A stretch of 64,000 nt of DNA from Botryllus schlosseri (Eukaryota): contig CM119372.1 of NCBI GenBank assembly GCA_051294905.1, forward strand, positions 40,302,001-40,366,000, given 5' to 3'. Numbering within the stretch: the stretch's first letter is position 1; the number at the start of each line of letters is the position of its first letter. Position numbers and translations under genes: made by a program. The notes beneath the pieces were generated by a model that was given only the letters and a program-made list of their open reading frames with translations, made no database searches and was not told the DNA's origin. This document shows, one piece after another, positions 53,073 through 64,000 of the stretch.

Positions 53073-54441
53073 CGACCGTTCCAATTTCCATTATTATCCA
53101 TAGTTGGCTGAGGTTGAGGGAAATATTGTGTTTGCGCATTGGGCCCATGCTGCCATGAACTATTCTGATTGGAATATTGACATTGATAATCATATTGCCC
53201 TGCATTTCGACAAAGTGGACAAAAGGGTGCCCTACAGAAACGTGCAGAATGACCAGACTTGCCACACCTGAAGCATTTACCAAAGAATTTTGACTTGGGA
53301 CTTTCACGGTTTCTAATTGGTGAATTCGGACGACTCGCATTATTGTCTGGGACATGATTTTTATTAAATAACTCGGTCAGCTCAGTTCTCAATCACTTAA
53401 TCTGGTTTTGCAATTCACCAATACATTCATCACATTCTGATTTTGAGTTCAAGTCAGCCTTGTGGGTAGGGTTGTTAACGACTGCCACATAAGGTTTTAT
53501 TGTACCTGCATTGGCCCCATGAGTAGCAGCCATTGACTCATAGTTTTCGGCAGCACGAACTAACTCCTCTAAACTGTCACTCTCACGCACAGCAAGCATA
53601 CCACACAGTGTGACATCAGAGAACCCCTGACAAAATTGTTGACGTACCAGTAACTCTGCAGCATTACCGTTTATCATCTTGTAGCCTTTACGTACCAATT
53701 CTCGGAGAGCAGCAGCAAATGCAGCAGGGGTCTCATTCGGCTTTTTCCTTCGGCAGTTGAACTTAGTTCTGTAGTTTTGTCCTGATTGCTCCTTCCCAAA
53801 ACGTTTTCTGAGGTGCTCCACTATTATGTCGAAGTTTTGGGAATCCTCGGCAGAAACCTCCTTGGCGTACTTTAGCGCGGGACCTTCCAGGCTCCAGCCT
53901 AAATATGAAAGAATTTCACGTACACCCCAAGATGGGTTGCAGCCAACAACATACTCAAAGTGGCTTAGATGGTCTTCAACGTAACGTCCGTTGTTCCACT
54001 GAACTTATTATTAGGTAGAACATTTGGCGTTTTCGATTCCAGATAAATAGGCTTACCAGGCACTGGTATTTCAGTTGATTTCTTGCTGCTCGAAAATATG
54101 GTATCGTTGGAATTTATGCCATCCGGAACAGAAACACATGGACGATCAACACTGCCCTTGTCGTCAGAACTAGTCTGTCCCGGTACAGTACGTTGCATTT
54201 CTCTAATTAGCGAAAGAATCCTGGTCTCCCACGCCTGCATTTTTCGGTCGATCATCTCTTCGACAGCAAGTAGAATTTTTTATGAGATGCGCTCAATCTG
54301 TCCCGATACTCTACTTTCGGTGTTGGTCATTCTCAGTTCGAGGTATTCAATTTTCGTTCGCAGCACTTCTAGTTGATGCGACTCGATCTCTTCTTCGATC
54401 TGTCTGGCCTCGGAAATTAACGACTGAGGTGAACTATCCAT
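53057..54441 (-). pseudogene. gag: Gypsy gag, disrupted
   Basis: ATG at 54441 just after the PBS. In-frame stops at 54280-54282 and 53393-53395. A 5-bp duplication AACGT (53978-53987) shifts the frame; removing it restores KFSGTTDVEDHLSHFEYV...SLEGPA...HLRKRFG. CCHC knuckle CFRCGKSGHSARFC plus a degenerate second knuckle. Confidence 0.9.
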
Positions 54442-54446
54442 TCTGG

Positions 54447-54463
54447 TCCTGGCGTGCTCGCCA
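54447..54463 (-). promoter_or_regulatory. Primer-binding site, probably tRNA-Arg
   Basis: TGGCGAGCACGCCAGGA, 1 nt after the 5' LTR. The plus strand TCCTGGCGTGCTCGCCA resembles the 3' end of eukaryotic tRNA-Arg(ACG) (TCCTGGCTGGCTCGCCA). Confidence 0.75.
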
Positions 54464-54464
54464 A

Positions 54465-54625
54465 TGTAGAGGCCTTTGCTCAGATAGGAGGTTTATTCAC
54501 TCAGTCGTACTCAAACAAACCAACAGCGACGAGACCAAACAAGAAGAGACACGCCTAGCATGAAATCACTAGAGCATCACAAGGGCACCAACCCAGATAG
54601 GGGGCGCACGAGGGCTGCCACATCA
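54465..54625 (-). repeat. 5' LTR of Gypsy element
   Basis: Direct repeat of 48923-49082, TG...CA ends, AATAAA on the minus strand, directly followed by the PBS. Confidence 0.93.
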
Positions 54626-55704
54626 GCATCATTCGTTCATGTTCGACCCGTTGAATGGCGATATCTGGATATCATAACCAATACACACAAACGACGGATA
54701 TAAAGTATCGTTTGGTTGACACCATCCTGAGATGTGATTTCATTCAAGGTGAGGATTTCATCTCCTAATACACACAGGCTGAATAGTGGCAGCAAATACA
54801 GCGCTTCTAGAAATATCGTTATAAGAAGAATCTATCGTCTCTCGGCGACGGAACATTAGTCACCAGCGACGGTGAGATGTCTGAGATCGAAATGATTGAG
54901 AATTACAAAATCAGAAAGTGTAGACTGGCTATAATATGTCAATAATTACTATAGGCTACACAGTCCAAGTAAGTTCTCAAATGAGAATGCCTGCATTATT
55001 TATAATTCTGCTGTACTAAATCAGATTACTACGTGTTTAGTTTTAAAGAGTATGATACTCCTTGTCGCTTCGACATCTTCCTGTCTTTTCATTGTATCGC
55101 ATTTTGTGGTGTATTGAACTGATAAAATTGCTAATAAACCAATGATGATGATGATGAATACCTTGTCGTCGAAAGATCAATCAGCAATTGTGAGCTTTGA
55201 ATATTTTGACTTTCCATTACAAAGGTCGCGCAATATAGGCTACATTCGAAAATGTCAAAGAGTTTCAAAGCATATGCTTTACGACCGATTCGTCCAGCGG
55301 CTTTAGCCCAGCAAAGACTATTTTTGCATAATTGATTATAAAATCTCCTCTGATCGCTTGGTATCGCGTAGACGTGGCTACTTCGCTGAACGTCTTGAGG
55401 ATATTATAAGACTGTATAAAACCGCTTCGACTGACCTGGGGACCAAAAAAATTTCTCTCTAATCTATTTGACTGTGATCTAGCAAGAAACGCCAGATATT
55501 TGTCTGTTCCGAAATGCTTCGGTATGGTAACTGAGATAATCGTGATACGGTTTGCTTTTTAACCATTTTCTGACTATTACCTCTGGTGAGTGAGCAGAAA
55601 ATACTCGGGGTTATTTCAATATGCTCATGTTGTTCAATTGTGTATTGAACTTCTGTACCTCCCAGAATCTCATCTTCATATGCTTTTTCTATCTAGGAAA
55701 TAAC

Positions 55705-58597
55705 CAGGGCATGGTATGGTATGGTATGGTATGGAATGGTATGGATCGATATTTTGGTATGGAATATGGAACAATGCAAGTATGGTATGGAATGGAAGAT
55801 TTTAATCTATGGTATGGAACGACATTTCCATACTTCCATACTTTGGTGTTTTATCGTGATCTGTGCAAGCTTCTTGAAACGTACGTTGTTCGCTGTTCAC
55901 GGAATATGGTCGCTTTTGTTATGTGCGAACGTGAACTATTGAACGCTGTGTAGGATCAAATACACGCTTGTGCAACGGTTTTAGGAGCACTTGGATTGGC
56001 ATGATTTTGTGATGTAATAATGACAACAGTACTGTTGTTCCGATATTCTATCGAGTCTAGACACGACGTCTCCGAGCATAGTCTATCATGTGACGCAATA
56101 ATTGGCAATGTTGGCTACTCCAACTACCTCATTCCTTGAGTGACGAGAACTTACAAGCAATCATGATGCAACGTACTTTATGCGCAATGTGATTGATAAT
56201 TACATTTCTTCTGAAATATTATCTGCACATTTATACTATTTACATGCCGAGATATCTTATTGGTCATATTTCAAACGCTCTCGCATTAGGATTATAGATC
56301 AGGGAGTGGGGTAGATTTAGTTTGAAATTCTCGCCACTAATCCCAACCAAATACTGTACTAATAATCACGCAGATCGCTGCAGTATTGATCGCCTGCAGC
56401 TGCGATATTTATGGGTGCGCCTATATTATAAATTATTTTGCGAGTATTTACTTCAAACTTGCATGTGTCTCATGCCAATGTACCGGAAATGCGATGATAT
56501 TCGGAGCATGGGCGTGCAACTTCTCTAGTAGGTGGGCGGGATATAGGAAAATTAAGTAGGCTTACTTGGCAGGCCGGATTGCTGAATGGATAAATTATTC
56601 GCCCATATATACAAGGAATAAATCGTATTTATTGAATGTATTTTATCGACAGCAATGTCACTTCAAAGCCATTTCTCGCCGATAATGAAAATACAATGTG
56701 GATCTGAGAACAGCATTGTCATACAGGCGCCGCCATGTCTGCTTCTCTCCGATCAACTAACTCACAGTGCAATCCTTAATTAAGATTGCAAAGCGTTTGA
56801 TAAGCCCCTTTCCCCAAAATTTACCAAGATATCAATTCATTAGGGTTGGGTACATCGTAAATGCCGATAATGCAAGTCTTCTCGCTTCGAAGAACTTACC
56901 CTTGGGCTCCACTCTCGCACGCTGCGCAGTGCGCAGACCTATATAATAACATGCGGTGACTAAAATTTGACGTTGAGGCAAGTAGTGGGGAATCTCGGCA
57001 GACTGGGCCGCGGGCCACATTATCATGTAAAATGACGGGAAACTGTCCGCGGGCCGGACAAAATCTCGTTGCGGGCCGTATGTTGCCAGCAGCACCGTAA
57101 CTGCCGCACCCCAAACCCCCCAATTGGGGGGGGGGCGAGATCGAAGGAGGCCCAAAATTATTTCGTGAATTAGCATAAATCATTGAGTATTTTTTGAAAA
57201 TTTATGCAATTTTTTCAAAATTTTTTCACGTAGCGCGCGAATTCAAGTTGCCATTTATCTGCATTATTGGGTATTAGGCCATTACCGAGCCACGACTAAC
57301 CAAGAAACACAATCAAGTTTTAGGCCATATAACTTGCGACTCCAAGAAGTGTGCCAGAACTATCGGCAGCGAGAAAACCTTGGCCGAAAAGGTCTATGCC
57401 CTTATGCTGACCGAAGACTTCGTTATATATACATAATAGCCTACATATAGGTTTAATTGTCCATAGGCGACTAAATGACTGGCGCCGAATGTTCCTGTCT
57501 TTGCAATCTGAACCTCACAAGACAAATACCATCCCTCTGGGAAAAATTTTATGCCAGTGAAGAAATACCAATTTGAAATCGTGTGCGTCTCTTAGTTTAG
57601 AAGCCTACGTTTGGGCGATTCTATATTTTTTGATATAGCAGACTGGAAGTCACGAAATAACATCATGTAACGAAGTCATATTTACGGGTCACCCCGGCCG
57701 AAGATGTTTAATTATTATTTACGGGCCGTCCCGTTTTCAAGACACTTCACTCAGCTCTACCGGTAAATCTAATTACGTGAGTAGAGAGGACAATAAATTG
57801 ATAGCATAATATATATGCAATCGCCGATCTGATTTGACCGATTTTATCATAAATTATCGAAAATTTTCGCGCTTTTCGCTGGCTCACAATACAGTACAGA
57901 TGATTTCGTGACAAACGCGAACAACGTGATGGGGGGGGGGTCGTTTCATCACCCTATGGTAGCCCAAGACCCACGTTTGTTGGGGCCTGACGAGGTGCTG
58001 TTTCGTTCCTGCCAAGAGGTATACGCCCGAAGATGTTCAATTTTTATTGAGTGGTCCTACCTTTTCAAACACACCTCACTCAGCTCTACCGGCAAATCTG
58101 ATTACATGAGCAGAGCGAGAAGATAAAAAGTTCGGTCTATAACCCAATGGGGGGCCCAAGAACAAAGTTTATTTGGGGGGCTGACGAAGTGCTGTTACGG
58201 CCCTGGTTTCCAGTCCCTTTTATGGACGGTCCTAGATAACAATCTGCTGACTATCTCAATTTGCTCGCGGAAGCTGTAGAGTAAAGGTACACGGCACCTC
58301 ATCAATGTGAACTAAACCTCACCAAAACAGACTCTGTGAAACTATTACCAGGACTTAGATTTGCATCATGGCTAGTTTAAGCAATATTGTCATCCGAAAT
58401 ATCAATAATATAGGTGCTAGAAAAGGTACTATACTTATGATATTGAAGAATTTGAAAGTATGGAATATGTATCAAGTATGGTATGGAACAATGTTGGTAT
58501 GGTATGGTAAATTGCAAGTATGGTATGGAGAGAGTAAGGCAAGTATGGAGCATGGAAAATTCTCGTTCCATACCATACCATACCATGCCATGCCCTG
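55705..58597. mobile_element. hAT MITE with TATGG/CCATA arrays, hosting nested elements
   Basis: TIR CAGGGCATGG(T/C)ATGGTATGG, perfect TSD GAAATAAC. Confidence 0.92.
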
Positions 58598-59068
58598 GAA
58601 ATAACAGTCGGATGACCTTTGAACTGTACGTGTGATTGTGACCTCATTAGCACGGATGATGAGTTCAACGCCAGGTCACTTGCGAGCCGTGAGATGCTCT
58701 GATGTTGCCGCAAGAATATCACGCGAAACGCATTCCTTGGTTTCTAGCTTTGCAATGCTCTGACACCGCAATGGCTATTTGTATTTTGTAAGCTTCTTCA
58801 TTCTATCCAATATGGAACCAGAAGCTAGGGATAGCGTCTTGAACGGTAAGTCATGGAGTTGACCGTTGATTTACCAGCAGCCCATGGCTCCCCGCTAGTA
58901 CGGCCTGTCAAAATGATTCGAAACTAGAATCTGAATCGAGTAGTGTGAAACGATTTTTCCAGTACTGGAATTAGAGTTAATTTACCAAGAGAAATTATAG
59001 TTCTGATACTCTTTACCCCACCATGGAAGGCTTTAAACCTCGATTGGTAGGATACGTAACATCCAATA

Positions 59069-59726
59069 CAGGGGTCACCAACACGCGGGGTGCATGCGCA
59101 TGTGGCCCGCGCTCTGATTTGAGATTTCGGAAGAACGATAGCTAAAGCATTTACAAATGCTAAAATTTATTCGAGTTTCAAAATGTTGTTGTTGCTTCAA
59201 AATAAAATATTAGCCTGTGCCCAGCATCACTGTTCCCCACTAGCTGAAATGGCTTGGACGCTGCCAACAGCATGCCATCGAGGGAGAATCAGCCGATATG
59301 CATGGGCGTATTGCGTTCAATAATCCAGACACTGCCAAGACCAAGACGCTTGAAAACGGCTCAAGATCAAGATTTAGGAGGAGGCAGTCTTTCAGCTATA
59401 GTAACGTGTCTCGACAGCTTAGTCGATCAAAATGCGTTGCCAGGTATAGTGCGGAGCTCATCCATACTTCAAAATAAAATGAAATTGATTATCATGTTAT
59501 TTCTCGTTCTATTTCTACTACTTATATAAAGTAACCTATTGCCTCTTGTAAGGTAACTATGACAGTCGGCAACGTTAGGGAGCACTTTGTTGTACTTGCG
59601 TAAAGTTTTTAAAACGTGCTTGCTAAACTGTGTGGCATTTCTGTCTTAATATTGCATTCCTGCGGCCCGCAGCCTCTACGAAATTTCAAAAGTGGTCCGC
59701 GACCAGTTTTGAGTTGGCGACCCCTG
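59069..59726. mobile_element. hAT Charlie/Buster-type MITE
   Basis: TIR CAGGGGTC(A/G)CCAAC, GGCCCGC subterminal motifs. TSD not preserved. Confidence 0.7.
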
Positions 59727-62049
59727 ATAGTACAAAGCTACTTACGTAGGTAGAAATGACATGTCTGTGAAGTCGAGATCAACCCACAGCATTGCACAAA
59801 GTAACGCTTACTACTCGATTCGGGATCGAATCACTTAGCTACTCGATTGTATCCAGCCCCTAGACTAGTAGGAAATCAAAACAAATCAATAAAAAAGTAT
59901 TACGTATGGAACGACATTTTTATTTGATTTCAGTCACATGTAATGTGAATGATATCCTTACGATGAAGTGGATGATTCGCGAGGTCTTACAAAAGGATAC
60001 AGGATTTTGTTGGTACTGAAATACATTATGCTGAAAGATATGGCCTCTCTATTATAACAGATTGATGTAATCCGTAGAAATCACTCGCGACTGGCGAAGG
60101 TCGCAGCTTGATACCGGGCTGGAATTTGATTACGATCGAGCCGTTGGCATTTGCGCCCACTTCCATCGGAACAGACAAGATTCGCATTTGTAGATGTAGT
60201 GCAGAAATTTACAGGAAACGAAAGGTTTTGATGATTACATATCGATTTAAATTGAAGTTTTGAATTTCATTTCTCGCGGACTGACGGGAGATGATCAAGT
60301 TGCATGTCCATGGGGATTCGAAATCGAAAGAGACCAATTTTGTAATGTGAGATTCTGTATGAAGCCTCTGCTCAGGTCATGTTTTCAGATAGTTCTCAGG
60401 CAGGGCTAACGAATCCGCGTAACTGTCCGATTCGATTCTAAATCGAGTATGCAGCTTCGAGTTTATTTGTGTGTTTGAGCATCACTCGTTATGATGCCAT
60501 AAGAATATATTAGGCTTGGTATTTTCTAATATGTACCTTCAATGCGACCAAATAATGGTGTATGTTGCGATGGTCTGTCGGTTGATCACAACTTCACAGG
60601 TATGTCACTTGCGCTGACGTGCGTAGAATTGTCCTACATGTTTCGTATGCTGGGATAGATTAATCGTGATTTCGTGATAGACGAATCGATCATTAGGGAA
60701 GAGAGTATCGAAACTATAATCCCCGTTGATAAATATAGTCTTAACTGAAAGGCACTCATTCTTTCAGTAGGCCTACTCGACAGAATCATATCTGACTACT
60801 CGACTAGAATTGTGGCAATTCATATTCGAGTAAGATTCGAGTATTCAAATCATTGTCCCCAGTCATATTCTTAGACGGTGCCGGCATTCAATACACACTA
60901 AGCAGTGCGTCGAGCCTGTGATGTAAATTGGTAAATTCAATTTCACAGCCAGCAGTCTGCTCAGTATTTTCAAACCATGTGTTCTCTCATCTACTGAGGG
61001 CCTTTCCCAGGTTTGGTACATTCTCGTTGTTAACTGGTAACCGGAACGTATAATTCACCTTGAACAGTCAGGAAAACAGGATGAAAACTAGTGCCAATGA
61101 CATGCACAAGATTGAATCAAATCTGCTCATAAAACGATGTCCTAACTGTATTTGTAATCATGGTATGCATAAATTGACAAAATTACGGCTTAAAGATTGC
61201 TTTCATTCAGATAATTTCATAATTCATATATTATTTTTCCTGGCTCACGAATCCTGGATACTTATTTCTGGATAGTTCGTGCGTCTGAAATGTCGGGGTT
61301 TTGGAATTTTGGCAATGTGGTTTAAACTTGAGCTTGAGTTCTGACAGGGGTTTGGAGAGATATTCAATTGTTCATGCCCGAGCTGGTATGGAAACCTCTT
61401 TAAGGAAACACCAAACCAAATTGCGTTAATAGGAAGAGTTGAGATGACGATGCAGCTTCATTGATCGTATTTGTTTGGAATTATATCACATTTTCACAGT
61501 AGTACTCTTTCGGATTATATAACAGAAGAATATATTTTGTTGTCGGCAAGACTGGAGCTTCACGTTAGTTCAATGAAATAGGTATTGGAAATTGGGAAAC
61601 AGCTTTTTGTGTAAGATGTTTATTGTAAGCCATCTCGCTAGTGCCGGGTGAAAACGCCGAAGAGTTATCGATTAACTCGAGTCCGTTGCTAGCGATGAAA
61701 AGCCTGACGTCGATGATGTGGCGACTTACAGGCAAAATATTGATCGCGAATTTATGGTAATTTGTAGCTGTCAATGGCAGGTGGAAACGTGAAGATGTCC
61801 GAGATTTCGAAGTTCATTGTTCACCAGAGGCGCGGAGTGTTGTTTTGGACCAAGATTTTGTTATACTTAAGTATTCAGGTAGACGAAATCGATGATATTT
61901 GCATCACTTTATCTCTCATCATCTGCTGCAGCATTTTCTAAAAACAATTGTTTAGTTCGCCCACTTTCACTATATAATCCAGCTTTGAAATCCAATTATC
62001 TCTGGGCTAGAAAAGATGAAGAACCTGGATGACACGTTTCTAATTAGAG

Positions 62050-63182
62050 CAGGGGTGGGCAAACTACGGCCCGCGGGCCGCATGCGGCCCGCAACACCGT
62101 TCTGTGCGGCCCGCGAGAGTCTAAAGGAACTTTTTTAAAAATATTGATAAAATATATACTAAATATCGAATTAATGTAGGGACTTGATTAAAGTTTTTCT
62201 TAGTATATTTCACCATTATAATTTTACGACAATGGTTACCAAACTGGGGTGCACCCCCTCCTTGGGGGTGTGAAGGCATCTGAAGGGGGCGCGAAGCTGA
62301 GCTCGAATGAAAAAATTTTCGCGCTTCGCGCGATTGTAATCCAATTCATAATCATTGCTCTGTATTTAGTATGAATTTCATAGTTAAAAATCTCTCCTCC
62401 ACAGTCGTAACCTTCCATGCCATCAAACTATCCGTTAGGTTTGCGTTTCACCATCATAAAGGGGGGGGGGGGGGGAGGCTTAACAAGTTTGAGAGCCACT
62501 GTTCTAAGGTAAATACTTCCTATTATAACTTTTATGTTTAATTTCTTGCGCGACAGCTCGATCTCAAGGCCCACACAGTTTGATAGGTTTCAACTGCTAA
62601 ACATCACAGAAATCCTAAACGAGATTGACATAATTCGGATCACGAGTGGGATTTCAGATTGGCCACTACAGTTTTAATTATCTCAGTGATGTGCTTATAA
62701 AAACGATTTGCGCGTGTCTTAGGTAGATTCGTTCTCGGTATGCGTAGAATTGAGGAATCTATATTTTATCTACACATAGTAGAAGTGTGTTTGAAGCTAA
62801 CATGGTTATGATGCTGTCAGCATTGTGAGTCCTGGAACTGAGCCAAAAGTGGAATCAGTAAATCTATGAACAGATCGCTGCTCACAGACTTAAATTTCAA
62901 TCCGGTTCTAACAGACTTTCATCTCTATAGTTTTGACAAATTGGTTATTGAGGTCGACTAGCCGATGAAATCTCGCCACTATGTTTCTGACGCGAGTACG
63001 ATATCATCAAAGCAATGTTTCGTTTGTTTTAAATAACCACATATATTATCTCCATGTCCTCACTATATTATCAAATACCAATATTGCGTTTTGGTTTATA
63101 ATCCCAATTTTATATAGTGCGGCCCGCGAATGGATTTAGATGTTGAATGCGGCCCGCGAGCTCAAAAGTTTGCCCACCCCTG
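62050..63182. mobile_element. hAT Charlie/Buster-type MITE hosting a nested ~270-bp MITE (62230-62501)
   Basis: Perfect 16-bp TIR CAGGGGTGGGCAAACT, perfect TSD AATTAGAG. Confidence 0.93.
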
Positions 63183-63800
63183 AATTAGAGTATTAGGCTT
63201 CGAGTCGAGTGTAGTATTCGTGTATCACTCATTATGGCGTCACTACAGTACGAATGATCGAATGGTTAAACTATCGACTTCTCGTGTGACCACATGAATA
63301 AAAAATAATGTTAAAGATTATTTGGTATTTTTGGAACATGCTTATTTCACTGAACTTTGTGACAATGCCGGGGGTCGATCACGACTTCACAGATATGTGA
63401 TTTCAACTGACATAGGTAGCTTTGTACGACACGTTTCGTATGCTGCTTTACGACTAATCGAGATTTCAAGGCTTCCACCGTGGAAAATAGTATCAAAACC
63501 CTAATGATCATTGATAAATTAATAACTCTTAGTGACAAGGATCGTATCATTTCAGTAGGCGAAAAATATATATATCTCACTACTCGATTCCAACTGTAAT
63601 AAGAATTAATGCCCGATTCAGATTCGAGCAACCCAATCATTGTGTGTATCCTAATTATCATCGGCCAGAACCCGGCAATCCTACTCACTGCTTCATCAAC
63701 GTTGCGATGTCCCGTGTTAGCAACATTGACGCCACTTGTCTGTTGTTCCTTTCATTTCATGCTTGCCTTTAAAATACGGTTTGCGAACATTACTTAGCAC

Positions 63801-64000
63801 TAGGTTTGCATTTAAAACAAAAAATCAATTTAAAATTAACATGTTTAAAACGAGGCCTTTGTTTACAACATGTTTTTTTACTGTTTTTTCATAAAGTCCT
63901 GACGTCACGAATATTCAATTGTGACGTCATAGTGTATTGATATCGGTTATTGAAATTATAGGGTAAATATAGCTCTTTTGACGAAATATCTGTACTATTG
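63801..64000. mobile_element. Left part of TTTAAAACA-family hAT MITE, truncated by the window end
   Basis: Starts TAGGTTTGCATTTAAAACAA and matches 28515-28647 joined directly to 29571-29625. Confidence 0.8.

Larger units (their letters stand above)
48923..54625 (-). mobile_element. Ty3/Gypsy LTR retrotransposon, full-length but disrupted
   Basis: Two ~160-bp LTRs (48923-49082 and 54465-54625) differ by 2 substitutions and 1 indel. PBS and purine tract are present, and the domain order is gag-PR-RT-RH-IN. The TSD is ambiguous; the best match is GCAT at 48917-48920 and 54626-54629, which needs a 2-nt offset. Confidence 0.97.

Noticed and set aside
49314..54563. Plus-strand ORFs across the retrotransposon
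   Set aside because: They are antisense shadows of gag/pol with no motifs.
55621..55953. ORFs rich in MVWYG repeats (also 58368-58722)
   Set aside because: These are translations of TATGG subterminal arrays of the 55705-58597 MITE.
60028..60187. ~53-codon minus-strand ORF MRILSVPMEVGANANGSIVIKFQPG... in unique sequence
   Set aside because: Short, with no recognisable homology or convincing splice context.

Overview
AT-rich (about 40% GC by eye) eukaryotic DNA, most plausibly from an invertebrate animal such as a tunicate. The species cannot be fixed from the sequence alone. The only host gene I can support is the 5' part of a minus-strand cGMP phosphodiesterase of the PDE5 type: four GT-AG exons (13031-13168, 6937-7117, 5581-5794, 4644-4745) splice in frame and encode the PDE5 N-terminal WLDDH..YFxRKAT motif, the RKxS phosphosite region and the start of GAF-A. 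The rest is a dense, nested set of transposons: more than 15 hAT-type MITEs with 8-bp TSDs and family-specific subterminal motif arrays, a tRNA-headed SINE, a 5'-truncated Penelope-like element ending in a minimal hammerhead ribozyme, and a full-length but disrupted Gypsy LTR element with a UUUAAAC plus hairpin -1 frameshift signal. There is also an easily missed ~8.5-kb CACTG-ended (EnSpm/CACTA-like) non-autonomous element. It carries internally duplicated, spliced-looking passenger sequence with no recognisable transposase. Most short ORFs in the supplied track are chance ORFs inside repeats.
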